A stretch of 64,000 bases of DNA from Octopus bimaculoides. Taxonomy: Eukaryota. The notes under the pieces were generated by a model, which was given only the letters and a program-made list of their open reading frames with translations, ran no database searches and had not been told where the DNA came from. The stretch spans positions 32,986,106 through 33,050,105 of the forward strand of contig NC_068982.1 of NCBI RefSeq assembly GCF_001194135.2, written 5' to 3'. Positions within the stretch are counted from its first letter, which is position 1. Every line of letters starts with the position of its first letter. Of the stretch, positions 1 through 14,679 are shown piece after piece. Both the position numbers and the translations under genes were made by a program.

Positions 1-408
1 TTTGATTTTGTTACTGTCGACTCAGAGTCATCACTGAAGGATGGAACGAATTGCTTTTAGGAACAGACATTGATATCAAGGATTACTCACCGCAGAATTC
101 TAAACAGAATGTAAACTTTAAAATGTTTTGTATAGGATTACAAGTTTTGTATAATAAAATGTGCCACACTCTTCATTTTTGTAAACACACATACATTTAG
201 TTCTAAATATTCTATTATATCCATTTACATCACGACAAAGATATAAATAGATAACAGCAGCTTAACAGTATATATGTTCCAAACATATATGATTATTTGA
301 TTATCTCCCTTTATTGATATTCATTCGAGTCTGTTGTTCTATCCGAGTATTAATCCCGTAAGCAATTTTTACAGAAGCAGTACCACACCCACTTTAAAGT
401 AACTAAAT

Positions 409-724
409 GGCACTCCGTCGGTTACGACGACGAGGATTCCAGTTATTCTGATCAGCGGAGCCGCCTCTACGTGAAAATTATGTGTAAGTGACTGAGCACT
501 ACACAGACACGTGTACCCTTAACGTGGTTCTCAGGGATATTCAGCGTGACAGAGTGTGACAAGGCTAACCCTTCTAACTACCGCTACTACTCATTTTTGC
601 CAGCTGATTTGACTGGAGTAACCTGAAATAAAGTGTCTCAAGGACACAACACGTTGCTGAGAATTGAACTCACGACCTTACGACTGTGAGCCGAATACCC
701 TAACCACTAAGCCGCGCGCCTTCA
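409..724 (-). mobile_element. tRNA-derived SINE, family A (CORE-like body), near full length
   Basis: Minus strand begins TGAAGGCGCGCGGCTTAGTGGTTAGGG (A box) ... GAGTTCAATTC (B box), then a CORE-like GTGTCCTTGAG..ACACTTTATTTC block. Aligns end to end with the copy at 16781-17092. Confidence 0.85.
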
Positions 725-729
725 CCCAC

Positions 730-790
730 TGTAACATATACATACATATATAGATATGTATAATATACATACATAGATATGTGTGTGTGT

Positions 791-830
<40 letters not shown>

Positions 831-865
831 ATACACACACGTGCGCACACATACACACATACATG
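730..865. repeat. compound (TA)n/(TG)n microsatellite
   Basis: Direct dinucleotide runs. Confidence 0.95.
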
Positions 866-1848
866 TGCATGAGTGCAATTAGTGCGTGTGATTGTGTCTG
901 TGCACGTACATATATAACGTCTGCACTAGGATGTGTTATTGCGGGCGCTGAAGTGTGAACAAGAAAGAGAAATAGTGAACTCAACATCATAAGTTAGAAG
1001 GAAAAGTGACATCTTATAAGATGAAATCTGTCACAAATTTGTTACTCTGGGTTTCATACACCTGATCTTCGGACAAAAATAAAGTAAACAGAACATTGGA
1101 AATATATTAAAAGATAACCTGAAGAACTAATCAAATCAAATACCGAACACAAGTTTGGTGAAATTAGTCTCTTCTAAATCCTTTTCATTTCTTTTGTTCT
1201 TCGTCAAAGTTGGTATAATCATATTAATGAAGAAATGAATATTGGAGCATGAATGGAAGATGAGCAGAAGAGGAGAAAGATGAAAGAAGGGAAAAGAAAG
1301 AAGGAAAAGATGAGTGAAGAGGAGGAGGAGGAGGAGGAGGTGGAGGAGNNNNNNNNNNNNNNNNNNNNNNNNNNNNNNNNNNNNNNNNNNNNNNNNNNNN
1401 NNNNNNNNNNNNNNNNNNNNNNNNNNNNNNNNNNNNNNNNNNNNNNNNNNNNNNNNNNNNNNNNNNNNNNNNNNNNNNNNNNNNNNNNNNNNNNNNNNNN
1501 NNNNNNNNNNNNNNNNNNNNNNNNNNNNNNNNNNNNNNNNNNNNNNNNNNNNNNNNNNNNNNNNNNNNNNNNNNNNNNNNNNNNNNNNNNNNNNNNNNNN
1601 NNNNNNNNNNNNNNNNNNNNNNNNNNNNNNNNNNNNNNNNNNNNNNNNNNNNNNNNNNNNNNNNNNNNNNNNNNNNNNNNNNNNNNNNNNNNNNNNNNNN
1701 NNNNNNNNNNNNNNNNNNNNNNNNNNNNNNNNNNNNNNNNNNNNNNNNNNNNNNNNNNNNNNNNNNNNNNNNNNNNNNNNNNNNNNNNNNNNNNNNNNNN
1801 NNNNNNNNNNNNNNNNNNNNNNNNNNNNNNNNNNNNNNNNNNNNNNNN

Positions 1849-1950
1849 AGAGAGAGAGAGAGAGAGTGAGAGGGAGAGTGAGAGAGAGAGTGAGAGAGAG
1901 AGTGAGAGAGAGAGTGAGAGAGAGAGTGAGAGAGAGAGTGAGAGAGAGAT
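1849..1950. repeat. (GA)n/(GAGAGT)n microsatellite at a gap edge
   Basis: Direct repeat runs adjoining an N gap. Confidence 0.95.
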
Positions 1951-3078
1951 AATCACATGCAGACATATATAAATATATCTCTCTATATATATATGCACAC
2001 ACACACACATACACAAGAGGGAGTGATTGCGTGTGTGTGTGCGTGCGCGTGTGCTTGTTTCAACACCAAGACATTCTGATACATGTTTATATTTGGGTAT
2101 ATCGCTTTGTGCATGCGAAATCCTGCAATTGCTGAAGGTTCTCGAACTATTTTCTCATAAACAGTAGTGAGAGGAGAAGTAAGATATTATGCAGGAATGC
2201 GGGACCTACTATGCACTACTTGAGGGAATAGCATTCCATTGAGAGTGGTAGTTATTTGAAGATATCAACTTATTCTTCAGGTAGTTTCATTGTAAAAGCT
2301 TTCTGTCATATGAATCTTTACGTCGTCATCCTATTAAGTTATAGATAGTAATATTCTGTTTCCTTTGAAGTATGGGTCTTTGGTAAATCTTATGCCAGTT
2401 GCGATGATAATAATGTTATGCTATTGCATAAGGGTGATGGAATGGTGTTGCAGAATAAGTAGATCACATGCGAAGAATTCATAGTGCATATCTAGGTCAT
2501 CTTAACCTTTCGCTCCTCTAGTAACGATAAAATTAAAAAAATAGTTCACTATTGCAGTCTATATCATCGATTATTTCCCCTTGCCTTTGGTTTTGTTAGA
2601 AACCAATATTTTATCATGGCGTAAGTGTGGTGGACTGACAAGATTTTAGCGTTTTAGATTAAATGTTAGTTATGGTCCCTTACGTCTTGAGATCAAATCT
2701 CACTGAGGTCAGCTTCCCCTTGCACTTTTTTACTAAAACAATGAAATAAGTTTCAGTCAAGTATCGGCATCGAGTCATCGACTATTTCCTAAATCTTTAG
2801 CAATGAACCTATGTTAAATAGGAAAAAAAAGTAAATGTTTAATGTACAAATAAACAACGGTTAAAAAGTACTGAATACTGATAGTAAATAACGAATACGC
2901 TGAATGAATGAATGAATACGGGAATACAGTTTCAGAATTCAGAATTCCTCATTCGAAACCTTGAATGTTATCAAGGATTCGAATTATGAAACTTTGGTTC
3001 AACAATGTCCTTAAATATATCCACTGTTAACTTTTTTCTATTGACCTATGCTAACAATCAGTATTATATCATGGTATT

Positions 3079-3300
3079 AAGGCAGCGAGCAGGTAGAATC
3101 GTTAGCACGCCGGGCAAAATGCTTAGCGGCATTTTTTCCGTCTTTTACGTTCTGAGTTCAAATTCCACCGAGGTCGACTTTGCCATTCATCCTCTAGAGG
3201 TCGATATAATAAGTACCAGACGAGCGCTGGGGTTGACGTAATCGATTTAGTCCCTTCTCTGAAATTACTAGCCTTGTTCCAAAATGTAAAACCAATATTA
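3079..3300 (+). mobile_element. SINE family B copy (tail type 3)
   Basis: AAGGCAGCGAGC..GAATCGTTAGCACGCCGGGCAAAATGCTTAGCGG..GAGTTCAAATTCC (B box)..GAGGTCGACTTTGCC..ATAAGTACCAG. This consensus recurs more than 15 times in the window. Confidence 0.85.
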
Positions 3301-3310
3301 CACTATAGGA

Positions 3311-3528
3311 AAGGCGGTGAGATGGCACAATCATTAGCATTCCGGGCAAAATCCTTAGCGGCATTTCGTCCGTCTTCACGTTCTGAGTTCAAATCCAACC
3401 GAGTTCGACTTTGTCTTTTATTCACTCTGGGTCGATAAAATGCGTACCAGTTGCACACTGGAGTGGATGTAATCGACTAGCCGCTTTTCCCGAAGTTTCA
3501 GACCTTGGGCCTATAGCAAAAATGAATA
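3311..3528 (+). mobile_element. SINE family B copy, tandem to the previous one
   Basis: Same head and body starting about 10 bp after the previous copy's tail. Confidence 0.8.
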
Positions 3529-3945
3529 CTGTACCATAATTTGAGGGTGACGGTTTGGCAGAATATATAAAGTGTAGAGTGATGCTTAGTTGCATATTTT
3601 TCTGAGTTCAACTCTTCACAAGGTTAACTTTGCTTTTAGTCCCATTGGATATGATAAAATATTAACAGTTAAATTGTTTTTTCGTTATTCTTAATCAGCT
3701 ACATCAGTATTTCTCATGTTAGTCTGTAATATCACTTTTAGGTATTAGAGCCTATTTTGAAAAACACATGAAATGAAAATATCAGGAGTATTACATTAAT
3801 ATCTCACATTACAACTCTAATGTGGTGTTGATGAGTGCTGATAATTTTACAAGCTCAAAAGGACGTTTTTGTGCAAAATACGTTTTGAGCCACTGAACTA
3901 CACTCAGAATTTGTGACTTTGTTTCTAGGTTCAAAATGAATATTA

Positions 3946-4159
3946 GCTTTAAATTTTGGCACAAGTCCAGCAATCTCAGGGAAGGGGTTAAGTTGATTAC
4001 ATCAACCCCAGTGCATAACTAGTACTTATTTTATCGACTTCGAAAGGATGAAAAGTAAAGTCGATCTCGGCAGAATTTGAGCCCAGAACGCAAAAACAGA
4101 CGAAATGCCGCTAAGCATTTTGTCCTGGCGTGCTAACGATTCTGCCTGCTTGACGCCTT
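3946..4159 (-). mobile_element. SINE family B copy with a 20-bp target-site duplication
   Basis: Flanked by TAGGTTCAAAATGAATATTA (3926-3945) and TAGGTTCAAAATGGATATTA (4160-4179), 1 mismatch. Confidence 0.9.
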
Positions 4160-5737
4160 TAGGTTCAAAATGGATATTAATCACAGTTACTAAACATATT
4201 TTATAATTTTTCACTTCGGTTGTACATTGTATTAATAGGATTGCTTTCTGCACTTTAACTTTCAGTTTCTCGGATAACATTCAACTTTTATGAAATTGGT
4301 CTATCACCCAAGAACCCAGCTTCTATCTACTAGAAAAAAAAATTCCCTCTTCAATGCATATAAAATGTTCGTTCACTCACCACCATGCCATGCATTTTCT
4401 TCTTTCATTCTCTCTCCCTCTCTCTCTCTCTCTTCCTTTCCCTCTGTTCATCCCTTTCTCACTCTCCTTTATTCTCCTCTCTATTTGTCTCTTTCTTCTC
4501 TTCTACTATTACTTATATGATCGATGCTCCTTAACTTTATTTATGTTGTACGTTCATGTAAAACTATTCTCCTCAAGCGACTTTTCTTTTCTTTCTTTTT
4601 TTTTCTGTTTTGTACATTCTGCGTTAGCATTCACCCTCTTAAACTTTACCGTATCGTTCATCGTCAAAACTTGATCCCTCTGGAACTTATTCTCCATTTA
4701 CGTACATCCACCTAACAAATCACGTTCAATATTTCAAATTGAGAAGCAACCTTATAAACCCTATGGGACTACCTTTAGATTTCAATCTCGAAAAGCCAGC
4801 ATAAGTTATAGGATCGTGACTTTTCGGCATGCTATATTTTGACGAGATGGCCCATGGTGTAACTTTCCTCCTTTATATTTCATAACACATCCATCTTAGC
4901 TCTAACAACACAACTTTCTAGGGAGAGTTCATACTGTTTGTGTTACCATCACGTCATGTTTATATCCGCATCTAAATTACAAACAAGATTCCATTGTGTT
5001 CTATTGTATTAGCGAATCAAACTTACTCTCATTTCATTTTCCAAACTAAATCTCCACACCCACTATTACTAATGTTGACTTCTTTATTATTTTTACAGTA
5101 TGTACCATGTAATTGATCCATGCTTAGAACAACTCATTAAGTTTCCAGCAAGTAAGGCTTCTGGTGACACCTACAGGACAGACCACAAATCTCTGATCTT
5201 TGTATTTAAAAAAATAAATCACTCGCTGTTGTTTCACCACAGTTTTTACATCTGAGTAAAAATATTTGTTTGTTACATCAGAAAAGGTCTTTTTTTACCT
5301 AGTTGTTACATGTACACACACTCGCACATACTCGCATATACACATATACAAACATTCCCGTCTAAAATATGTGTATCTAAAATATACAGTAGTATATCTT
5401 ATGGCATCAACATTGTTGTTATCTTTGTTGTTGCTGCTATTGTTTAGTTCCAGGTCAACACAGACCAGACAGATCAATGAGCAAAGGCATTTCAGCTGAA
5501 ACCAGCCTATCTTTTATTCAAGTATTCTGTACCTTAGGCTATATTATCTAATATAATTATCTTCCTTTTCTTTTTATAAGACAACAGGAAGCGGTGCAGC
5601 TTCCTAGGTCTAACCAACAGTAGTATTATTCTCTTCAGGGGACTGTCACAATAAGTTGACAGCATACAACTACAATTTGAATCAGTTAAACACTTTGCTC
5701 TTCATAGCTTATTTTATGTTTTATATATGTATCCAGT

Positions 5738-5984
5738 CAGGGATTCCCAACCATTTTTCTCTATGGATCCCTTTGATCCCTATTTCACTTGGATGGACCC
5801 CCATAGTCACTCGATATTTAAAAAGTCCTGTTGCATTTTTGTAATCAAATATTATTAGGAATTGTCTTTAAAAATTGTTTCGTGTATCATTGAAGTAATG
5901 ATCGAATTATTGCGCCTAAATTTTAACAGCAAAAATCTTATATGGACCGCCAAGGATCATATGAACCCTCGTTGAGAGCCACTA
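5738..5984. mobile_element. probable hAT/Charlie-type MITE
   Basis: Ends CAGGGATTCCCAACC and CGTTGAGAGCCACTA resemble degenerate CAGTGGTTCCCAACC-type TIRs. No clean TSD. Confidence 0.45.
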
Positions 5985-6575
5985 GACTATCTCTAGAAAA
6001 CTGGAAAATCCAGAAATTTGAGACACTTCTAGTCTTAAGCTTGCCGAATAATTTGTACGGTACTGAACTTATATCTTAAGATATCAGTATGCTGTTCAAA
6101 AGGTCTGGCTGGTGTCGGTGTGCTGGTTTTTCAGCCAAGGGCCATATGTTTCTATGATGTCTAGAGTGCTGCAGATGTATCCTGTGCTGTGATATATCAC
6201 AGATAAAATATATACCATATGTATTTACATAATGGAGACACTTTTACAAACATTCACACTTGCACTTACAGAGATAGTGACATGGATGCAAGACAAAACG
6301 TATATGCACACTCCTTCACACACACACGAACAAACGCAACAACACATCACGCGCACATATATATTCCCAAATGCACATATTCTTACTCAAGCATACATAA
6401 CCATGCATATATACATACATATGTATATCTATGTTTGTATGTGTATGTGTGTTTGACTATATGCATCACGTCTCTGCGTGAGTATACAGATAGATACGTG
6501 ATAAATACGCAAGTTGATTAATGTCCAGATTTAGATATACATCCTCTTATGAATGCATTACACACACATATGTGT

Positions 6576-6613
<38 letters not shown>

Positions 6614-6685
6614 ATTTGTGTATATCTATGTATAAATACAAAGATATATTTGCGTCTGTATTTATATATATATATATGTGCATAG

Positions 6686-6717
<32 letters not shown>

Positions 6718-6811
6718 NNNNNNNNNNNNNNNNNNNNNNNNNNNNNNNNNNNNNNNNNNNNNNNNNNNNNNNNNNNNNNNNNNNNNNNNNNNNNNNNNNN
6801 NNNNNNNNNNN

Positions 6812-6852
<41 letters not shown>

Positions 6853-7378
6853 CGCGTGTGTGTGTGAGAGAGAGTGTGTGTTTGTCCAATTGTGTGGACA
6901 GAAAATATGGAATCACGTAGGGGGAAATGCGATAAAACCGGTTCTTTCAATTACAGTTTGAAAGACAAGATTACTTTAGCAATACACTTTCTGGCGAAAT
7001 ACTCTGATACTTCTACTATAACTTAATAACTGAATTGTCAGTGAATGTGACGGAAAAACTTAGATCCTGATCGTTGTAACCGATGGCGAACCATTTATTT
7101 TATGCATATTATTAGTGAGCATATATACGCATTATATAAATACATATTAACTGTCTTCACGTCCCGACTGCATTCTGTAAACTAGTCCGCTGTGACAAGC
7201 TGTGTTTTGCAAGATGTGTTCAAAGTGTTGTTAGAAACGTCTTCTTCGATCTGGAATAACAAGAGTTGTCAGGTTAGCTTATTAGATGTATAGTAATAAT
7301 ATTTTAAGATTGAAATAATCTACACTAGTTACAATTGCCTCTCCTTAACAAGTCTCAAAACGTCTGGAATGCACCACG

Positions 7379-7438
<60 letters not shown>
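7379..7438. repeat. (GATA)n tetranucleotide microsatellite
   Basis: Perfect GATA run. A second run lies at about 8622-8691. Confidence 0.95.
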
Positions 7439-8098
7439 CGGATACATACATAAATATATATATATATATGTACATATATATAATTTGCATATGTCCATGC
7501 ATGTATACATACAAACATATGTGTATGTATGGATATGTGTATGTGTATGTATGCTTGTATGTAAACGAGTATATGTTTGTTTTAGGGTGAGTGTATATGT
7601 GTGTGCAAGTATGTTTGTATGCGTGCGTGCGTGTATGTTTGCTTGTGTGTGTGTGTGTACGTGTGTGTGTTTGTTTGCTTGTGTGTGTGTGCGTGTGTGC
7701 GTCTGTATACGTGCGTGCACGCGTGCGTAGTATGTGTGTGAGTGTTGCTATGAGGTATTAACGAGCAACTCTATAAGCAATATCAAAAACTTCATCCTCA
7801 GTTGTTTATCATCCCACTTCAAGACATTTTATATACATGTGTCTCCACCCTTATCTGGGGACGAAACCTTTCTCGTATTTAACGTTATGTAAACATTTTC
7901 TCGATGGGAGGGTCATTAAAACTACAGCCGTCATTAATTTGCTTTTATCTACGGTTTCTTTCTTCCTACTTCTTTTTCTTTCCTTTCTAGTCTTTTCTCA
8001 TTCTTCTTTGTTTGTATCATTCGCCTCTTCTCCCATCTTGTGTATTCCATTGTGGGACATCTACATATTGAATCAGCATGGATACTAGAAGAAGAGGG

Positions 8099-8256
8099 CA
8101 CTAGCGTAGCTAGCGGGGAGGGTGGGGCGGTAGGGGGCGGTCCGCCCCTGGCGGCACTTTTGGGTCTGCTCTAAGCAGTATGTGTTTTTTTGTGAGGTCC
8201 GGGGGCGGCAAACGGAAGGGCCGCCCCGGGTAGCACACACTCTACCTACGCTAGTG
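8099..8256. mobile_element. 158-bp GC-rich hAT-type MITE
   Basis: TIR CACTAGCGTAGCTAG / CTACCTACGCTAGTG (14 of 15 match). 8-bp TSD GAAGAGGG / GAAGCGGG. Sister copy at 37449-37606. Confidence 0.9.
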
Positions 8257-8621
8257 GAAGCGGGTAAGAAATCTGAAGAATATTGGAAGACACAAACGAA
8301 GAAACAAAACAAAAAAAAACAAAAAAGAGCGAGGAGATGGAAACATAGGCGAATGGAAAATATAAAGGAAAGAGGAAAACAGAAAGTAGAGAAGATGGAG
8401 AAGATGTGAGGTGAGAGGAATAAGAAGGAAAAATGAAGAAATAAAGGGAAACCAAGAAAAGACCAGGAAAGAGGGAAAAGATGACGGAAGGAAAGGAAGA
8501 ATACAATATGCAGAAATCGAAAGAAATTTTGAAAGAGCCAGAAAAATCAATCAGAAAAACAGAAAACGGAAGGATAGAAAAGAGAAAGATAGACCAAACT
8601 GGGTTGATAGATAGACAGACG

Positions 8622-8692
<71 letters not shown>

Positions 8693-9984
8693 GCCTACAT
8701 ACATATTTATACGTGTGTTTGCGTTTGCATATGTGTAAATATGTATATCGCAGTTTCCAGACGATCTCAGTCTCATCGGGCTATGAAGTGCTGCCGGTTT
8801 CTGTGCTGCCTCTTTGGTAGCGGTTGATCTATTTTCATGCAGACTTTACTGCCAGAATTTCACTGTTTAAGTTATACGTCGTTAGTCACCTATTCATACT
8901 GTTTACGCCGTGCGTCTGATGTTTAACTTTGTCTTGTGATACGAGCATTGTTTTCGTAATTATTTTTGAGTAGAATACTGTGGAGAATTTTGTTGAGAAT
9001 TCCCAATACATTGCGTAACGACATAATAGATGCGCCTACTTCTATTTACAGAAGGAACAGATATTCAGATGGTTTGTCGACAGTAGCGTTAACGTCAACA
9101 ATATCATCAACTAACTTGTACTAACTGGATAGAAATGATACTTGATGATTGACGATAACGCTTGATATTTTGCATTATGTCAGGGCAGCGAGTCAGCAGA
9201 ATCATTAGCACGCCGGGGAAAAAATGATTGGCAACATTTCGTCCATTGTTACGTTCTGACTGAAAAATGTTCAATCTAGTCTTTTGAGATGTGTTGATGA
9301 TCACTACACTTTTTTATCCGCCTTTTATTGGGACCTTACCTATTCTTGGTGTCAATAGTTAACTGGACATTTCCTCCAACTCTTGCAAACTGGTCACCTG
9401 AAACGTTCATTTGGTGCAACTCTGATGGTAGTAGAAAGATGAAATATATTCAAACATTATAAATACCAACAGTGTAGTTTATAAATCAGCATAAAATGTT
9501 GTATAAAGGAGTAAAAATTTGAAACAAAGAAAGTATCAATTATTTTCTGTCTTACATGGTATTTGAAACCATATACTAAATTTAGTAATGAGCCGTAATT
9601 ATAACCCGCGAAGCACTTTGTCTGGAATTCTAAATTTCCTACCAATGATGGTAAAACTTTGAATTCTGAGAACAATAGAGTCGACAACATCGACATGGTA
9701 GTTGACTGGTATTTGGTAGGGAAAATGAAAGCTTAAGATGGCAATGGCGGGTTGTAACTAAACAGCATAAGGCGTTTTGGTTGATGCTCTAATGCAGGTA
9801 TGGTCAAACTTTTACGAGAAGAGTGTTGTATGAGACATGGATTATCACAAGGCGGGTCACACAACTAAGAATATTCAAGGTAATTTTACGTTAGGAGTGA
9901 TATTCAGTGACTGGTCTAATGAGCCAATACACCATCCAGTCCCTCAGAGTATAACACATTTGCATAACACGTTTGTTCCCTTCC

Positions 9985-10175
9985 TATCACCACTTGCCAA
10001 CCAGGGTTGATGTGCTTACGTCCCCGTAACACTAACGGTTCACCAAAAGAGACCGATAGATTAAGTACCAGGCTTAAAACATAAGTACTGCGATCGATTT
10101 ATTCGACTAAAAAGATTCAAGACGGTGCTCCAGAATGGCCGCAGTCTAATGAGTGAAACAAGTAAAAGATAAAAG
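9985..10175 (+). mobile_element. SINE family C, 3' half
   Basis: TACGTCCCCGTAAC..GAGACCGATAGA..AAGTAC..GGTGCTCCAG.ATGGCCGCAGTCTAATGA.TGAAACAAGTAAAAG tail, shared with the 12477, 47705 and 60793 copies. Confidence 0.8.
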
Positions 10176-10519
10176 ATATTTTGTGTATTGTAGTAGTATT
10201 ATAAGCAATTTATTGTACATAAATTTGAATAACAAAATGTTATATGAACCTCTAAGGTTCATATGTATTCCAGCTGAGAGCCATTGTTGATCTATCATTG
10301 ACTACGATGTATTGATGTTCTCAGTGTTGTTGATTACAGGTGGTGGCATTTATAGTGATGATGTTGTGTGTTAGTGGTAGCCCTGATGTGGAGATTATTG
10401 CTTGGAAGTGATGACGCTAGTAGTGGCGATGTTGCTTCCTTGTAACAGTGATCATGTTGATATTTTTTTTGGTAGTGATAACTATCTTGGATGAAAGACT
10501 CTCAGCAGATATATCTTCA

Positions 10520-10595
10520 GCAATGTCGCCACCGCCACCACCACCACCACCACCACCGCCACCATCACCACCACCACCGCCGCCGCTACCGCTAT

Positions 10596-10638
<43 letters not shown>

Positions 10639-10765
10639 AATGATGGTGGTGATGGTGGTGGTGGTGGTGGTGGTGGTGGTGGCGGTGGTGGTGGTGGTGG
10701 TAATCATGACGACGACGACGGCGATTATGATAACGTTGTTACTACCGTCGACGACGACAACGTCA
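10520..10765. repeat. compound trinucleotide microsatellite (CCA)n(ATG)n(GTG)n(ACG)n
   Basis: Direct runs. They explain the poly-P/M/V pseudo-ORFs in the track. Confidence 0.95.
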
Positions 10766-10960
10766 AGGTCGACTTCTGCTAGCTGTGCCAGGCAACTATT
10801 TTGACTTGGATAACAGCAGCCTTTTCCTTCAACTCACCTACCCATCCATTCTGGCGAGACTTTCCACTCCCAAACAGTACCTTTCACCCGCACACACACA
10901 CATATATGTACAGATAGTGATAAAGACATGGAGAGACGGAAAGAGAAACACACACACACT

Positions 10961-11013
<53 letters not shown>

Positions 11014-11198
11014 TTACATAGACCNNNNNNNNNNNNNNNNNNNNNNNNNNNNNNNNNNNNNNNNNNNNNNNNNNNNNNNNNNNNNNNNNNNNNNNNNNNN
11101 NNNNNNNNNNNNNNNNNNNNNNNNNNNNNNNNNNNNNNNNNNNNNNNNNNNNNNNNNNNNNNNNNNNNNNNNNNNNNNNNNNGAAACACACACACACT

Positions 11199-11251
<53 letters not shown>

Positions 11252-12086
11252 TTACATAGACCTCATTTAACTATTTGTATATGTATAGCAGGATACTTGT
11301 TCAGTTTATGCAAGCTACAGGCTTTACTTGAAAGGAAATTAAGCTTGGTTTCCCAAAGTAAAGTGATCGACCTACAATTACACCTTCCCCACCCCTACGT
11401 AATTTGTACCATAATGCTGCGCTGGAATACAGCCCGGATGCCACGAAGGACTAGTATAGTCTTGACACGGAATTTTATGTTTGGGAATCAGTGTGTCTGT
11501 GTATATGTGAGCGTATGTATGTATGTATGTATCTATGTTTTTGAGTATGTATGTGTGTATGTATATACGTATGTATGTGTGCGTAAGTACGTATTTATGC
11601 ATGTATGCATGCATGTGTATGAGTGTATGCATGTGAGTGTATATGTATATGTATGCATATATACGCACATACATACATACATATATACGCACGCATACAT
11701 ACATGTATGTATATATATATATATATATATATTTATGCATGTATGTATGTATGTATGTAGGGAAGTAAATGTGTTTCTTTGTCTGTATGTGTCCGTGTGT
11801 GTGTCTGAATGTATATGCGACTGCGAATATGTGCTTGTATCTTTATCCATGCGCGTCTTTCTTTCTGCATGTGTTTCTCACTCTATGCGTACGTGTATGT
11901 ATGTATGTATGTATGTATGTATGTATGTATGTATGTATGTATGTCTCTTCTATTTTATTATTATTATTATTATAAAGCTTCCACTGAGAACGGAGCCGGT
12001 TTATGTATGCATGTGTGTGCCTATGTGTACATGCATGCATGTATGATTGCATGAATATGTATACGACTACATATGTATACGTGAGT

Positions 12087-12089
<3 letters not shown>

Positions 12090-12151
<62 letters not shown>

Positions 12152-12161
12152 NNNNNNNNNN

Positions 12162-12254
<93 letters not shown>

Positions 12255-12260
12255 TAATAA

Positions 12261-12299
<39 letters not shown>

Positions 12300-12300
12300 A
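12090..12300. repeat. (CT)n + (TAA)n + (TAAA)n microsatellite block
   Basis: Direct runs. Confidence 0.95.
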
Positions 12301-12476
12301 TATCCAGACCTAGTTGAGATCAGCTGAAATAAATTTCAACTCGAAGAAGTGGAGTAAAAGAAACTAATTCTAGCAACGTTAATCACACTTCTTAAAGGAG
12401 GGTAATGGTTAGAACATTTTTAAAATTCAGTATTTTCCCAACGTATTCATTTAAGCGTTTTGGGTTCATGAACATT

Positions 12477-12876
12477 TAGGCGCAAGTTTGTCTGTGTGGT
12501 AAGAATGTTTGTTTCCTAACTATACGGTTTCGGGTTCGGTCCCACTGCATGGAACCTTGGGCAGGTGTCATTCTTATAGCCTGGAGTTGACAAAAGCTTT
12601 GTGAGTGGATTTGGTAGAGAAAACAGGAAGAAGCGTGCACGCGTGTGTGTGTACGTGCGCGTGTGTGTGTGTGCGTGTGTTTGCTTCCCACTATAGCCTG
12701 ACAACCGCTGTTGCTTTGTCTACGTCCTGTAAAATAGCGGTTCGTCCAGAGATATCGATAGAATAAGTACAAGACTTTATAGAAGTACTGGGGTTGATTT
12801 GCTCGATTAAACCCTTCAAGATGGTGCCCCAGCATGGCCGAGGTCTAATGACTGCAACAAATAAACGATAAAAGAT
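12477..12876 (+). mobile_element. SINE family C, full-length copy with internal (TG)n
   Basis: TAGGCGCA..TGTGGTAAG..GGGTTCGGTCCCACTGC (tRNA-like head, B box)..CCTTGGGCAGGTGTC (CORE-like)..GTGAGTGGATTTGGTAGA..(TG)n..family C tail. Confidence 0.85.
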
Positions 12877-14622
12877 ACCACTATAACTATTTCCGGTGCA
12901 GCCAATGAGCAAGCCTGAACATGCTCACTAGGTCAGCTAGAAATAGTTGCCAAGTCCCCTCTAAATGCTATTCTACTGTGTTTTAAAATAATGGAGAAAG
13001 GAACTACCCTTTAAATAGTGCAAGCCAAAATTTCCTATGTTCGAAAAATTGACGAGATGGCCATGGCCATAACGCCTCTAATAACGTTTAACGTGCTCGA
13101 TCAGATCAGATTTGGGACTAAACCTAAAAGATGTGAAACATTACACGTTTTTATTGTTGTTGCCGTTAACGTTTTAGTTGAGGTGAGAGGCAGTATCCAG
13201 GACTCTTTACATGGCCTCCAGCACTGATAGGAAGGAGAAAACTATTTTTAGACAGAGGATTTGGCTCGAATTCTTGCAACAGTGTAAACTCTGCTAAAGG
13301 TATTATATGATGATGTCATACGAGGCAATAATGTATGCCACCCAAGTAGAGTAGAGAGGAACGGGAACTCGTAACGCAAAGGACTGAGACAGACACCACA
13401 AACAATACAGTCCAACGTTTTTGTACTTCCGCCAGTTCATCGACCTGAGATTAGCCTTTTTCTTTTTTTTAATTTAAGAAGGATAAAAGGGGAAGTTGAT
13501 CTCAGCGGGATTTGAACCTAGAACTCAGAGAGTTATGACAAATACCGTGAGGCTCTAACAACTCTACCAATTCGTTTTTATTTGCTTAATTATTTATCTA
13601 ATTATCTGCCTTTTCTCGTCTTTCTAGAACATAGCCTGTAATGAAAAAGATCACAGAATTTCAAAAGGATAAATAGTATTTGTTATATTCCAAGACTACA
13701 AAAATGTCATCTGCTATGAAGATTGCGGAGATGAAAAATTGCAAACAGCTTTAGAGGCGCCGATCCAATTTGACTTTGCACGATAGGGATCGAATCCCTG
13801 AAATCAACCCAGTAACTAGGGATTCCTAGTAGGTCCCGAGTATTTTCTCATCTCTATCACATTCCTACCCTTTGTACGCACTACGCATTGCTATAAGAAA
13901 CCTCCACGTGGTAGCTCACCCTGCTTGAAACATTAGCCAATGTTACCTCAAAATCACATCTTCGTCTACATTCCTTTAAAGAAAAGAGATAATCATGGTC
14001 AGACCCCCTTTTATCATCGATCCTTTCATTGATAACATCTAGCTATCGCCGGTTCTCTGAAATCCCAAGAGAACCTTTTCATTGAATCCATCTTGTTAAC
14101 GTCAGCAGCCGGCATTAAAATTTTGTTCACTGCTGAATCAGTGAATGAGGCCGCTATACGTTCGCTGGACCAGCTAAAAATGACCCCCAAATCTACCTCA
14201 AATCTTACTTCGCCATAGGTAACACATATTGGTCAATGTAACCCTTAGAATTCGAAAGAGCTGATGGTCACATCTGGAACACCTTTAATCATATTCCGGC
14301 TCGATCGACTACAACAACTTAATTATAAGAAAAGAATTATATACATTTGGTAATTAGATGACCTTCCAATTAACTGGTCATTAATCAAATCTAACATATA
14401 AAGTCTGAACTCTAACAGAGGAAGGCAAACATACTTTGAGTATTATGTTTACAAGTCTATATTTGGTACGAATGGCGTAAATTAAAACCAATTTTCTTCT
14501 TCAAAAATGCACTACAAATATGAAAGGTTACTGAAATCAACATAATTTGGCTGACATTGGATTAAACTTAGTTTGGAGAAATGTGTTTACTTATTTGTCT
14601 GCAGCAAGTAGCGTCATAAAAT

Positions 14623-14679
<57 letters not shown>

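Noticed and set aside
8182-8614. Lys/Arg/Glu-rich ORFs
   Set aside because: A purine-rich low-complexity tract plus a MITE. Stop-poor by composition.
10417-10804. Poly-Pro/Met/Val and poly-Thr/Ile/Gly ORFs
   Set aside because: They are translations of a compound trinucleotide microsatellite, with no splice or domain context.
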